A stretch of DNA of 64,000 nucleotides from Abditibacterium sp. Its GTDB lineage: Bacteria; Armatimonadota; Abditibacteriia; Abditibacteriales; Abditibacteriaceae. Positions 8,521 to 18,167 of the stretch are shown here, piece by piece; within the stretch, counting starts at the first letter, position 1, and the number at the start of each line of letters is the position of its first letter. Made by a program: the position numbers and the translations under genes. The stretch covers positions 256,001 to 320,000 of the forward strand of contig OZ251992.1 of assembly GCA_965246885.1 (NCBI GenBank), in the 5' to 3' direction. A model generated the notes under the pieces. That model had not been told where the DNA came from, searched no databases, and worked only from the letters and a program-made list of their open reading frames with translations.

Positions 8521-11102
8521 GACTTCTTCTCGCCCTCGGTGTGTGGGTCGCCTTGATAGGTGCGGCGGTGGGCGCACGCGCCCAGAACCAGTTGCCCACG
8601 CCCACGCCGCTTCCCGCCACACCTGCGCCACTCCCGACCGCGACTGCGCTTCCCTCGAAAACGCCTACGGTTGCCGCCACCCCGTCGCCTGCCTCGCTTC
8701 CCAGCGTCGTGCCGAACGCGCCCACGCGCATTGCGCCCGACGACTCGCAGCCCATTCGCGGCTTTGGCGACCCCAACCGCGTCATTCTGCCCGCGCCGGT
8801 CGTCGCGCCAACGGCCACGCCCGCGCCCACTGTCGCGCCCATCCCAACAGGGGTTCCCGAACCCATCGGCGGCGTGGGAGATGTGACGGGCACCGAAACG
8901 CCCGACAGCGACTTTTCGCTCGACTCCCCCGGCGGCCTCTTGTACGACATGGAGCGCGGCCTGACCCTCGCACAGGGCGCCGTGACGTTCCGCTACCGCA
9001 ACTTCCTCGTGCACGGAGACCGGGGCGTCATCAACAACGCCACCCGCGAAGCCACACTTTCCGGCAATCTGACGGTCAAGGCCACCGTAGGCGGCGCCAG
9101 CCAGACCTTTACCGGCCAGTCGCTCGTGTTCAACCTTGATACGGGCAAGTGGCTGCTCTCGCAACTGCGGACGACGTTTCCGCCCGACTACTTCCCGCCC
9201 GGCACTGTCTTGGCGAACCTCTACGAGACCAACGGCACAGTGCGCGGCCAAGGCGAGGGGGCGCGCGGCGAGAACTTCCGCTTCTCGTCGTGTGACCGCG
9301 ATCACTATTACATCCGCTCGAACCGCATCGAGTTCACGCGCACGCCGGGCGGCCAACCGCAGCGCATCATCCTTCGCAAGAACGCCCTTTTCGTCTTTGG
9401 CCGCGAGATTTTGCCGCTCCCGGTCTACGCCATTTCCCTGCTCGGCGAGCGCTCGCGCCGCCAGCCGCTCCAAACTACCTTCGGCGAGAACGCCATTGAC
9501 GGCTATTTCGCCAAGTCCATCTACGACCTGCGCGCAACCGCCAAAGCGACTGATTCCGTCCTGCTCGATGCCCTGTCCAAGCGCGGCTTGGGCTTGGGCT
9601 TGCAACGCGAGTTCGTCGGGGGCGGGCTGCTGTATCTCTACGCCGTGTCGGGCAAGAGCGGCGGGCGCGAAATCAACTCGCGCGTGCAAAAGCGCATCCC
9701 CATCTCGCGCCAGACGTTTTCGGACGTGAACTTCCAGACCACGCAAAACAACTCGCTGTCGGGCTACGGCATCGCCTCGCGCACCGGCAGCTTCTCGCTT
9801 CAAAACGCCGGGAACCGCTCGCAATCGAGCGCGAACTACAACTTCGACTCCTCGCACTACTCCACGTCCGGCTCGCGCACCGATTCCCTCTTGCTCCAAC
9901 ACACGCAGCGATTCGGCGGCGGCTACAGCCTCATCGCGACGGGCGACCTCAACCAGTCGCAGTTCTCTTCTTCCGCCACCGATGCCACCCCCGTGCCCAA
10001 GAACCAGACCGGCGATCTGAACGTGCAGCTGGGCAAGAACAGCCGCGCCTTCGACCTGTTCCTGCGCACCGAACTGCACAACGACTTTGCGCGTGGTAAC
10101 AAAGCGTTCCAACTCGAACGCTTGCCGGAACTGCTGCTTCAATCCGACAGCCGCCGCTTGCAACTGGGCGCGCTCAACCATGTGGTGCCGGGCACGCTCA
10201 CCTTTGGCGTGGGCACTTTCAACGAGCCATCCTTTGGCGGCAGCAGTAGCACCGGCGCCGTCGGTGGCCAAAAGAGCCGCGCCGACTTCTTTTACAACTT
10301 TAGCGAACGCTCGCTTAAGCTCGTCGGCACCCCCAAGAACGGTTCCCTCCTGCGCGCGGCGGGCACCTTCGAGCAAGCGTTCTACTCCGACAGCACCGCG
10401 CGCTACAACTACGCTTACAACCTCAACAACACCAGCAACCTTGGCCCCATCCAAGTCGCCGTCAACTACAACAAGCAGCGCACCTACGGCTTCACGCCGT
10501 TCCAGTTCGACTACTCCACGCCCGGCGAAAACGTGGACTACACCGCGTCGGTCGGACGCGGCGAGAACTTCCGCCTCAACCTGAGCGGCGGGCGCGACAT
10601 CCAGCACTCCTACACCCGCGACATCCTCACCAACCTTCAGTGGATTCCCACGCGCGGCGCCTACGTGTCGCTGGGCACCAGCTACGGCCTGCAAGCCGAG
10701 CGCAAGAACAAGTTCGGCGACATCTACGGCAACTTGCGCTTTTCCCGCGCCGAATCGGGAAGTTTCGGCGGACGCTTCGCGCTCGGCTTCCGCTACACCC
10801 CGTCGGGCACCGGGCGCAACCAAGGGCTAACGCGCGTCAACGGCTCCTTCGACGGCAACATCTCGCGCAAAATCCGCTTTCAGGCTCTGGCGGGATACGA
10901 TGGCATCAGCCGCCGCTTCGATTTCCAGCAATACCGCGCCATCGTGGACTTGCACTGCGTCAACCTCTTCACCACCTACGACGGCTCGCGCAAGGAACTC
11001 CGCTTCGATCTGGCCCTCAAAGCCTTCCCCTTCGCCGACACCCGCTTCGGGCGCAACGGCTTTTCGCAAGGCTTCGACGCGGGCGTGGGCGAAGTCCGCT
11101 AA
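8517..11102 (+). CDS. LptD-like outer-membrane LPS assembly protein
   Basis: Signal peptide, Pro/Thr linker, OstA-like region with FSSCD...HYYI, beta-barrel-like C-terminus with DLHC; ATGA-coupled to lptF. Confidence 0.7.
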   Translation: MRLLLALGVWVALIGAAVGARAQNQLPTPTPLPATPAPLPTATALPSKTPTVAATPSPASLPSVVPNAPTRIAPDDSQPIRGFGDPNRVILPAPVVAPTATPAPTVAPIPTGVPEPIGGVGDVTGTETPDSDFSLDSPGGLLYDMERGLTLAQGAVTFRYRNFLVHGDRGVINNATREATLSGNLTVKATVGGASQTFTGQSLVFNLDTGKWLLSQLRTTFPPDYFPPGTVLANLYETNGTVRGQGEGARGENFRFSSCDRDHYYIRSNRIEFTRTPGGQPQRIILRKNALFVFGREILPLPVYAISLLGERSRRQPLQTTFGENAIDGYFAKSIYDLRATAKATDSVLLDALSKRGLGLGLQREFVGGGLLYLYAVSGKSGGREINSRVQKRIPISRQTFSDVNFQTTQNNSLSGYGIASRTGSFSLQNAGNRSQSSANYNFDSSHYSTSGSRTDSLLLQHTQRFGGGYSLIATGDLNQSQFSSSATDATPVPKNQTGDLNVQLGKNSRAFDLFLRTELHNDFARGNKAFQLERLPELLLQSDSRRLQLGALNHVVPGTLTFGVGTFNEPSFGGSSSTGAVGGQKSRADFFYNFSERSLKLVGTPKNGSLLRAAGTFEQAFYSDSTARYNYAYNLNNTSNLGPIQVAVNYNKQRTYGFTPFQFDYSTPGENVDYTASVGRGENFRLNLSGGRDIQHSYTRDILTNLQWIPTRGAYVSLGTSYGLQAERKNKFGDIYGNLRFSRAESGSFGGRFALGFRYTPSGTGRNQGLTRVNGSFDGNISRKIRFQALAGYDGISRRFDFQQYRAIVDLHCVNLFTTYDGSRKELRFDLALKAFPFADTRFGRNGFSQGFDAGVGEVR

Positions 11103-11111
11103 GGGCACGTT

Positions 11112-12026
11112 TTACGCGGGGCTTTGCGCGAAGTAGCCGTTGTCGCGCATATCCGCCAGCAATTCCGGGCCTTGCGGACGCCAGTTGAACGCTTCGCGCG
11201 TGATGGCGCTCGAAGCCGGGGTGTCCAGCCCGACGAAACCCGCCATCCAGCCGAAGTGGGGGGCCGCTTCTTCCGCGCTGAGGCTGCGTGTGGGCAAGTT
11301 CAGCCCGGCGCCAATGGTCTGCGCGATGGCCCGCATGGGCACGCCTTCCTCGGCGACGGCGTGCAAGCGCGTTCCCGGCGCGGCGTGTTCGAGCGCCAGC
11401 AGATACAAGCGCGCCGCGTCCAAGCGATGGACGGCACACCAACGATTCGCGCCGTCGCCCACATAAGCCGCGACCCCCGTCCCGCGCGCGACGTCAATGA
11501 TCATCGGCACGAAGCCCTTCTCACCCGCGCCATGCACGGTCGGCGGCAGACGAATGACGCTCACCCGCACACCGCGCGCGGCGGTGGCGAGCGCCGCCAC
11601 TTCCGTTTCGCCGCGCTTGTAAGCAGTGTTCCCCGTCGGGTGCGCGTCCTCTTCTGTAGCCACGCGCCCCGGCGCGATCATCGCCAGACCCGACGACAGG
11701 ACGAACGGTTTGCCCGTGCCTTCGAGGGCGCTTGTCATCGCTTCGACCGCACGGCGGTCTGTCTCGATGGCGGCCACAAAGTTCGTCATGTCGGCGAAGT
11801 CGTGGATGAAGGCGGTATGAATTACGCCGTCGCACGCCCGCGCGCCCGCCACGAGACCGTCGGTGTCCAGCAAGTCGCCCCGGTGCACTTCGATGCCGCG
11901 CCGCGTCAGCATCGCCGCTTTCTCCTCATCCCGCGCCAGCCCCACCACTTGATGCCCTGCCGCCAATAGTTCCCCCGCGATGGCGCTGCCTATAAAGCCC
12001 GTCGCGCCCGTTAAGAAAATCCGCAT
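11112..12026 (-). CDS. atypical SDR / NAD-dependent epimerase-dehydratase family oxidoreductase
   Basis: IFLTGATGFIG, VIHTAFIHDF and NRWCAVHRLDAA motifs. Confidence 0.88.
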   Translation of the reverse strand: MRIFLTGATGFIGSAIAGELLAAGHQVVGLARDEEKAAMLTRRGIEVHRGDLLDTDGLVAGARACDGVIHTAFIHDFADMTNFVAAIETDRRAVEAMTSALEGTGKPFVLSSGLAMIAPGRVATEEDAHPTGNTAYKRGETEVAALATAARGVRVSVIRLPPTVHGAGEKGFVPMIIDVARGTGVAAYVGDGANRWCAVHRLDAARLYLLALEHAAPGTRLHAVAEEGVPMRAIAQTIGAGLNLPTRSLSAEEAAPHFGWMAGFVGLDTPASSAITREAFNWRPQGPELLADMRDNGYFAQSPA

Positions 12027-12081
12027 ATTGCTTCTCCAGTGTGTTGCGCCCCACACGGGGCGCCTTTTCTAATATACCCGC

Positions 12082-12687
12082 CTACACCCGCGCGAAGTTG
12101 TCCAGAATCCGTAGGCCGATGGCCGACGATTTTTCGGGGTGGAACTGCGCGCCGAAGATATTGCCGCGCTCCACGCCCGCCACAAAGGTGCCGCCGTGAT
12201 GCGCCGTCGCCGCAACGATGGCCGGGTCTTCGGGCAGGACGTGGTAGGAATGGACGAAGTAGGTCATATCGCCCGCTTCCAACCCGGCGAACAAGCGGGA
12301 CGGGCGCGGCAACGATAGGCCGCTCCACCCCATGTGCGGGATTTTAAGAGCTGGCGCGTCCGCGAACCGCCTTACACCGCCGCCCAGAATTCCCAAGCCG
12401 CCAAACACGCCCAACTCCTCGCTCCAATCGAAGAGCAGTTGCATCCCCAAACACACCCCCAGAAGCGGCTTGCCCATCCGCGCATGCTCGACTATGGGAT
12501 CAATCAGCCCCTTGGCCGCCATGTTCCTCATAGCTTCGCCGAACGCGCCCACCCCCGGCAACACCAACTTTTCGGCGCCCGCCACCTCGTCCGCGTCGGC
12601 GGTCACGCGCGTCGCGTGCCCCAAGTGCTCAAAGGCTTTTTGCACCGAGCGCAGGTTGTTGACCGAGTAATCGAGGATGGTAATCAT
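12082..12687 (-). CDS. hisH: imidazole glycerol phosphate synthase glutaminase subunit
   Basis: LPGVGAF, GVCLGMQ, PHMGW, YFVHSY and QFHPEKS motifs. Confidence 0.96.
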   Translation of the reverse strand: MITILDYSVNNLRSVQKAFEHLGHATRVTADADEVAGAEKLVLPGVGAFGEAMRNMAAKGLIDPIVEHARMGKPLLGVCLGMQLLFDWSEELGVFGGLGILGGGVRRFADAPALKIPHMGWSGLSLPRPSRLFAGLEAGDMTYFVHSYHVLPEDPAIVAATAHHGGTFVAGVERGNIFGAQFHPEKSSAIGLRILDNFARV

Positions 12688-12739
12688 AAAGAGAACAAAA
12701 GCCGCAAGCGCGCTTCGACTTCCAAGCGCCCGCCGCCTT

Positions 12740-12964
12740 TCAAGAAGTGGCCTCGTAGGGTCTGCCATCTTCGCGCGTGTAAACGTCTTCGGCGGGGTCA
12801 GTCCAATAATTGAACAATGGGGTGCTCATCGCGGTAAGTACTTCGGTCGGCACTTTAATCGACACGCGGACTTGACCGGCGGGAGCGCCTGCAAAAGGTT
12901 CGACGCGCAGGACGCCGTTTTCGTCTATAGTGCCAGTGGTTTCAAATGTCTGGAAAGAGGTCAT
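12740..12964 (-). CDS. small acidic hypothetical protein, antitoxin-like
   Basis: 74 aa, ATGA overlap with the hisB stop; N-terminal ETTGTIDENG..VRVSI beta pattern and acidic tail DPAEDVYTREDG. Confidence 0.6.
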   Translation of the reverse strand: MTSFQTFETTGTIDENGVLRVEPFAGAPAGQVRVSIKVPTEVLTAMSTPLFNYWTDPAEDVYTREDGRPYEATS

Positions 12965-13566
12965 TTCGCTTCTCCTAAGACGCCCTTCGTTGTGGGCAGT
13001 TCGTCGCCCTCGACGGAAAGGGCCGCCTTCATGGCGCGGGCGAGAGCTTTAAACGCCGCTTCAAGGGTGTGATGCGCGTTTCCGCCCGCTTCCTGCTTGA
13101 TATGCAGGTTAATGCGCGCGTTGTTGGCGAGCGCCACGAAGAACTCGCGCGCCAGATGGGTGTCGAAGTCGCCGATGCGCTCTTGGTTCAAGTCCCAATC
13201 CAGTCGCAAGAACGCGCGCCCGCAAAAGTCAACGGCGGCCAGCAGGAGCACCTCGTCCATCGGCGCGAAGAAGAAGCCGTAGCGCGCGATGCCGCGCTTA
13301 TCCCCGACCGCCTCGTCCAGCGCCAAGCCGAGCGCGATGCCCAAATCTTCGACCAAGTGGTGCCCATCTATATAGATGTCGCCCGTCGCGCGGATGGACA
13401 GGTCAAAGCGCCCGTGACGGCTCCACTGCTCCAGCATGTGCCCCCAAAACGGCAGCCCCGCTTCCGTTGGCAGTTGGATGTCAAAGCGCCCCTGCCCATC
13501 GAGGTTGAGGGCCAACTCTATTTGCGTTTCGTTCGTGTGGCGAGAAATGGAAGCGGTGCGCGGCAT
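12961..13566 (-). CDS. hisB: imidazoleglycerol-phosphate dehydratase (monofunctional)
   Basis: RHTNETQI, DGHHLVEDLGI, PMDE and NAHHTLEAAFKA motifs. Confidence 0.96.
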   Translation of the reverse strand: MPRTASISRHTNETQIELALNLDGQGRFDIQLPTEAGLPFWGHMLEQWSRHGRFDLSIRATGDIYIDGHHLVEDLGIALGLALDEAVGDKRGIARYGFFFAPMDEVLLLAAVDFCGRAFLRLDWDLNQERIGDFDTHLAREFFVALANNARINLHIKQEAGGNAHHTLEAAFKALARAMKAALSVEGDELPTTKGVLGEAK

Positions 13567-13596
13567 AAGTCATAGTGTGGCGCGCCCGCCCAACTT

Positions 13597-14862
13597 CTAA
13601 CCGCTCGCGCCCGGATTGTAGATGGCGCCCTCGAACAAACGCGCGCCACTGCTTTCCTCCACCAAGGCCACGACAAAGGGGCGGTCAAACTTCAACACCT
13701 TGGGCGGCTCCGGCTTCATCATTGCCGCGCCCGCCATGCCCACAACCGTTGCCGCCGCCGCGACCGTGCCCTCTTCGTCCACCCTCATTTTGCAGACATG
13801 GAGCACCTCGGCAATGCCAAAAGCAGGCTGACCCATCGCGCTGAAATCCGCCTTTGGGTCGAACGGGAGTGGCGCGATTTTCGCCAAATCGGGCGCCACA
13901 TCCGCGCGCCACTGCACATCGAAGCGCGGGAGCGACAGGATGACTGTGCCGTTCGCGTTCAGTTGGCGCGACTTCTGCGCTTCCAATTCTCGTATCACGT
14001 CGGCGGGCGTTTTCCCTGCCTTGGGAAGGAGCACCCACAGCGCGCAACTGGTGTTTCCATAAGCGAGGCGCGCGCCCTCAAACGAGCCGCCCGCCAAATA
14101 AGCGTGCTCGCGATGCGCGTTCATCGTGGGAAGGCGCACCATCCCCCCATTGGCCAAGTGAAACGGCGCCGGTTTGGTTTGCGTCTTGTCGAAAACATCC
14201 TTCCAACCGCCCTTGAAATACACCGCGTTTACCAGCAAGGCGCTTTTCCCCTCGACATCGCCCCTTTCCACGATGTGCGTAATCTCCTTCTTGGTGTGCG
14301 CGCCCACCCAAGCGTTGATGCGCGCCGCGCCATCGGCAGGATTCGCGGCGGCAAACTGTTCGACGCCCGCGCCAAAGTCCGCCTTGGCGCCCGCCACGAA
14401 CGCCGGAGTGGGCGTAAAAGTATCGGCCAGCCACAGCGAATTGGCGACAGAAATCGTCGCGCCCTTTTGCGCCGAGAGTAGCGCATTGAAGGCGCGGTTC
14501 TGTGCGCCGATTTGCGCGTCCGGCAACTTCTGGAGCGAGAGCAGGCCGCTCATCTGCGCTTTCGTTGCTCCCCGCGCGCCCGTCGCCGTAAGGGTGAGCG
14601 CCTGCCATAAACTCGTCGGCGACGCCAGCAGGTTGCGGTGCTCCTTGTTGCGGCCTTCCAAGTCCGTAAGCAGGCGCGCGCCGAACTCATTCTGCGCGCC
14701 AACAAGGGCCGAGGCTTCTCCCGCGCGGGCAGCGACCGTTGCGTAATCCATCGTTTTCCCGGAATCCGGCGCACCCAAGTGGGGCAACGTCGCGGGCGCC
14801 CCACACGACGCGACGCCGCAGCACAACAAGCAAGGCACAAACAGCCAAACACGGGAGTTCAT
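13597..14862 (-). CDS. serpin family protein, probable lipoprotein
   Basis: Signal peptide with VASC; NLLASPTS, NAVYFKGGW, hinge VDEEGTVAAAAT and FDRPF motifs. Confidence 0.92.
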   Translation of the reverse strand: MNSRVWLFVPCLLCCGVASCGAPATLPHLGAPDSGKTMDYATVAARAGEASALVGAQNEFGARLLTDLEGRNKEHRNLLASPTSLWQALTLTATGARGATKAQMSGLLSLQKLPDAQIGAQNRAFNALLSAQKGATISVANSLWLADTFTPTPAFVAGAKADFGAGVEQFAAANPADGAARINAWVGAHTKKEITHIVERGDVEGKSALLVNAVYFKGGWKDVFDKTQTKPAPFHLANGGMVRLPTMNAHREHAYLAGGSFEGARLAYGNTSCALWVLLPKAGKTPADVIRELEAQKSRQLNANGTVILSLPRFDVQWRADVAPDLAKIAPLPFDPKADFSAMGQPAFGIAEVLHVCKMRVDEEGTVAAAATVVGMAGAAMMKPEPPKVLKFDRPFVVALVEESSGARLFEGAIYNPGASG

Positions 14863-14868
14863 GCCCCG

Positions 14869-16099
14869 TTAGACTGCTGCGCAGTCCCCGATGTTCCCCC
14901 GCCCCCGCGTTATTTTTCCAAGGGTCGCCGACGGATCGTATACCACCCCCACGAATAACCGCGCCCCGCTTGTTTCCTCCACCAGCGCCACGACGAACGG
15001 ACGATTAAAGACGAGGGGCGTTGGCTCTGGTGGTCTAGGCCCGCCGCGCGATTTAGTAACGGCGGTCGCGGCGGCAGCAACGGTGCCCTCTTCGTCCACG
15101 CGCATCTTGCAAACATGAAGCACCTTCTCAATTCCTGCCGAAGGCGTTCCCATCGCGTGGAAGTCGGCGAGCGCTCCAAAGGGCGTCGGAGCGCCCAGCG
15201 CGACCAAATCGGCCACCATTTGCGCGCCACTCCATTTCAAAGCGCGGCAGCCATAATTCTACCAAGCCACCAGACGTGGGCCGTTGCCATGCCGCTTCGC
15301 CCAACTCGCGCAGCACTTCGAGGGGCGAGGCTCCCCTGTGCGGCAGCAGAACCCACAGCGCGCAACTCGTGTTTCCATAAGCGAGGCGCGCGCCCGCAAA
15401 ACTGCGGCCCGTCAAAAGCGCGTGACTTTGCCGCCCATGCATCATCGGCACTTCGATTTGCGCCCCGTCATGGAGATAAAAAGGCGCGGGGCGCGTTAGA
15501 GCGGGGTTGAACTCATACGCCCACGTCCCGCGAAAGTAGAGCGCGTTCGCTAAAACGCTGGCCGCGCCCGCGACATCGGCGGCGTCCAGCACTTGCGGGA
15601 TTTCGCCGCGCGTTTGGTCGGAAAACCAATTATTGATGCGCGCGGCACCCGCCTTCGGGTTGGCACTCGCAAAGGTGGCGATGTGAGCGTCGAAGTCGTG
15701 GCGCGCACGCTCGACGAACGCGGGGGCAACGCGAAAATAGTCGGCGAACCACGCGGAGTTCGCCAACGCAATGAAAGCGCCCGTTTGCTCTTGAAGCAGG
15801 GCGACAAAAGCGCGGTTCGCCGCGCCGAAGTCACCTTCGCCCTCCGTGTCCAGAGCCAATAGCGCGCGCAGTTCCGCTTGCGTCGTTCCGCCCGCGCCCG
15901 CTTCGGCCAAGGCGAGAGCTTGCCACAGGCTCGGCGCGGAGCATAGGATATTGGCGTGGGCGGGGTTGCGCTCTTCCAAGCGTTCGAGAAGGCGCGTGCC
16001 AAAGCGGTTCTGCGCCCGCGCAACTACCCTGACATCCTTGGCCAAATCGTAGGTGAGCGCGTCATCGCTCCAACTGAGGTCGTAAGTTACCGATGCCAT
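14869..16099 (-). pseudogene. second serpin, split by a frameshift near 15217-15222 (pseudogene or sequence error)
   Basis: ORF 15128-16099 carries NALYFRGTW...LPRFEMEWRA; ORF 14869-15240 in another frame carries VDEEGTVAAAAT...FNRPF; together they are collinear with the neighbouring serpin. Confidence 0.85.
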
Positions 16100-17098
16100 T
16101 TACCCCTTCCCCTTGGCACCCTTAGCGGCGCTGGCCAAGTATTCGAGAAGCACATTCACATCCGGCGCGACGATGTCGGCGCCTGCTTCTAAGAATTCGC
16201 GCTTGTGCTTATCGCCGCTTGGCCCGCTCAAAACGATGGCGGAGTAGATGCGCGCTTTTCCGGCGCCTTTCAAGTCGCGGTAGTTGAACACGGTGCGCAG
16301 GTCGTCCATGATGTCCCCGATGAACAGGCCCAGCTTGAAGTCCAGCTTCTCGCGCGCCAGCAGGAGCGTCCGCCCATCCGGTTTCTTGAAGCCCGAATCC
16401 GGCACCACCCAGCCGTTCTCCGGGAACTTATTGGTTAGCCTCGCGTGCGCCAAGCCCAACTTCGCTTCCGAGCGCCCGCGCCCCGTGATGAGGCCGGTTT
16501 TCAAAGCGGTCGGCACAAGCTCCGGCTGAATGATGACGCGCTCGCGCTTGTAGTAGCCCTCGCCGTGCAGGTATTCGGGGTCGAACCCATACAGGTCGCG
16601 GCATGCCTCGTCGCCGCCGTAGAACTCCTGAAAGAGGCGCGTCACCAACTTCTGGTTCCACGCCCTTGCGAACTCGCGGCGCTGCGTCGGACGCAGCATC
16701 TCCAACACGAACCCCTCGGCTTGTTGCAAGCCGCCGCCTTTGCGCCGGAGCGAGGCCGTAAACTCGCGCCAATCGGGGCCAAACTCGCGCAGTGCCTTAG
16801 TATCTTTGGCGCCCGACTGCGCCCACTTGCCAATGAGGAAAGCGACGGCGGCGTTGGTCAAATCCCAGTCGTCGTTGAAGCCGCCCGCGAACTTGAACAG
16901 TTCCGTTTCTTCGGCTTCTATCAGCGCGCCGGTGTCGCTTAACCCCAGTTGCTCTTTGATATAAAACTGGACGGTATCCACGATGGCGGCGCGGAACGAC
17001 AGCGACACATCGAGGAGCACGCCGTCCACATCGAAGAGGATGCAGTCAAGCGCGGGTAAGTTCTTGAGGATTTCTTGGCGGATGAAAAGTTCGGACAT
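16100..17098 (-). CDS. HAD-superfamily hydrolase (TIGR01548-like)
   Basis: FDVDGVLLDVS motif I, GGFNDDWD, ITGR, KPD and IGDIMDD motifs; start ATG 17098. Confidence 0.82.
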   Translation of the reverse strand: MSELFIRQEILKNLPALDCILFDVDGVLLDVSLSFRAAIVDTVQFYIKEQLGLSDTGALIEAEETELFKFAGGFNDDWDLTNAAVAFLIGKWAQSGAKDTKALREFGPDWREFTASLRRKGGGLQQAEGFVLEMLRPTQRREFARAWNQKLVTRLFQEFYGGDEACRDLYGFDPEYLHGEGYYKRERVIIQPELVPTALKTGLITGRGRSEAKLGLAHARLTNKFPENGWVVPDSGFKKPDGRTLLLAREKLDFKLGLFIGDIMDDLRTVFNYRDLKGAGKARIYSAIVLSGPSGDKHKREFLEAGADIVAPDVNVLLEYLASAAKGAKGKG

Positions 17099-17226
17099 GA
17101 ATAGAAATGAGTGGACGAACGCGCGCGGCAAAAGCGCGCATAGTTTTGCCAGATAGAAAAAGTCGCGCGCCGGGGCCGCGCCGCCCAAAAGCGGGGCCGG
17201 TGAGCCGTCCGCCGGGGCGCGCCGAC

Positions 17227-17341
17227 GGCTGGCGCAGCTAATTCTTCCAAGAATTAGCTGCGCCAGCCAAAGAATTAGCCGCGCCGATGATTCGCCGGTA
17301 CAATTCTTTCGTCCGCGCGCACAATTCGACGGGTGGCGCAG
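17227..17341. repeat. 20-bp perfect inverted repeat plus 21-nt-period direct repeats
   Basis: GGCTGGCGCAGCTAATTCTT-CC-AAGAATTAGCTGCGCCAGCC (17227-17268); AAGAATTAGC at 17249 and 17270; ACAATTC at 17300 and 17321. Confidence 0.85.
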
Positions 17342-17378
17342 CCCGGCGAACCGTTGGGCCATCCCTTTCTTCCTTCCC

Positions 17379-18092
17379 ATGCTGCCCCGCCCCCACCGAT
17401 TGACGAGCGCGCAGTTCGAGCGCGCCTTTGGCAAAGCGCAAGTCGTGCGGCACCCGCTCGTCCAAGCGCGGGCGCACCGGCGCGGGGACGATTCGCCCCT
17501 TGTTCGAGCGGCGTTCGGGGTGCCCAAAAAGCAAGGCAAGGCGCACGAGCGCAACCGGGTCAAGCGGCGTTTGCGCGAGCGCTACCGCTTGCATCCGCGC
17601 CGCGACGAAGCGGCGTTGCGCGGCTGCGACCTGATTTTCTTGACGACCCCCGCGACGGGCGCGGCGAGCGGAGCGGAATTAGATGCGGCTCTGGACGAGG
17701 TGCTCAGGCGTCTGGGAGGGCGTATGTCCCAAGACACGCACCCCAAACACGAAGCACCCGCGCCGCTCGAAGCCCCCGGAGCGCAAGGCGACGAGCGCCA
17801 AGAGCCGACGGTTTCGTGGCGTAAAGCGCCGGTTTCTTGGTTGTTTCTTGCCTTAATTCGGGGTTATCAGGGCGCTTTGTCGCCGATGTTGCCGCCTTCG
17901 TGCCGGTTTTTTCCGACTTGCTCGGTTTATACTGCGCATGCCATCGAGCGGCACGGCGCGCTGTGGGGAACGCTATTGGGAGCGTGGCGGATTTGTCGTT
18001 GCACGCCGCTTTCCAAGGGCGGGTTCGACCCGGTTCCGGCCACCCTTGCGGCGCGCTCCTTTCCGTTCTTGAGGTTGTCCGCCAAGAAGTAA
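17379..18092 (+). CDS. rnpA-yidD: RNase P protein component fused in frame to membrane protein insertion efficiency factor YidD
   Basis: N-half has RL...F and [18 protein letters not shown] (RNR motif); C-half has [24 protein letters not shown]...[14 protein letters not shown]; no stop between them; internal ATG 17724 preceded by GGGAGG. Confidence 0.88.
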   Translation: MLPRPHRLTSAQFERAFGKAQVVRHPLVQARAHRRGDDSPLVRAAFGVPKKQGKAHERNRVKRRLRERYRLHPRRDEAALRGCDLIFLTTPATGAASGAELDAALDEVLRRLGGRMSQDTHPKHEAPAPLEAPGAQGDERQEPTVSWRKAPVSWLFLALIRGYQGALSPMLPPSCRFFPTCSVYTAHAIERHGALWGTLLGAWRICRCTPLSKGGFDPVPATLAARSFPFLRLSAKK

Positions 18093-18167
18093 GCGTCCCC
18101 TTTCCGGGGACAAGGTGCACTTATCCTTGGCGCGCCCCCTTTTGGCAGGGCGCGCCGTGTTGTCATT

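Noticed and set aside
8436..10823. 795-aa minus-strand ORF
   Set aside because: Antisense shadow of the LptD-like gene; no motifs; expected in high-GC DNA.
15210..15240. Programmed ribosomal frameshift in serpin2
   Set aside because: No slippery heptamer or evident stimulatory structure; mutation or sequence error is simpler.
17099..17378. oriC next to rnpA
   Set aside because: No DnaA boxes, no AT-rich unwinding element and no dnaA/dnaN.
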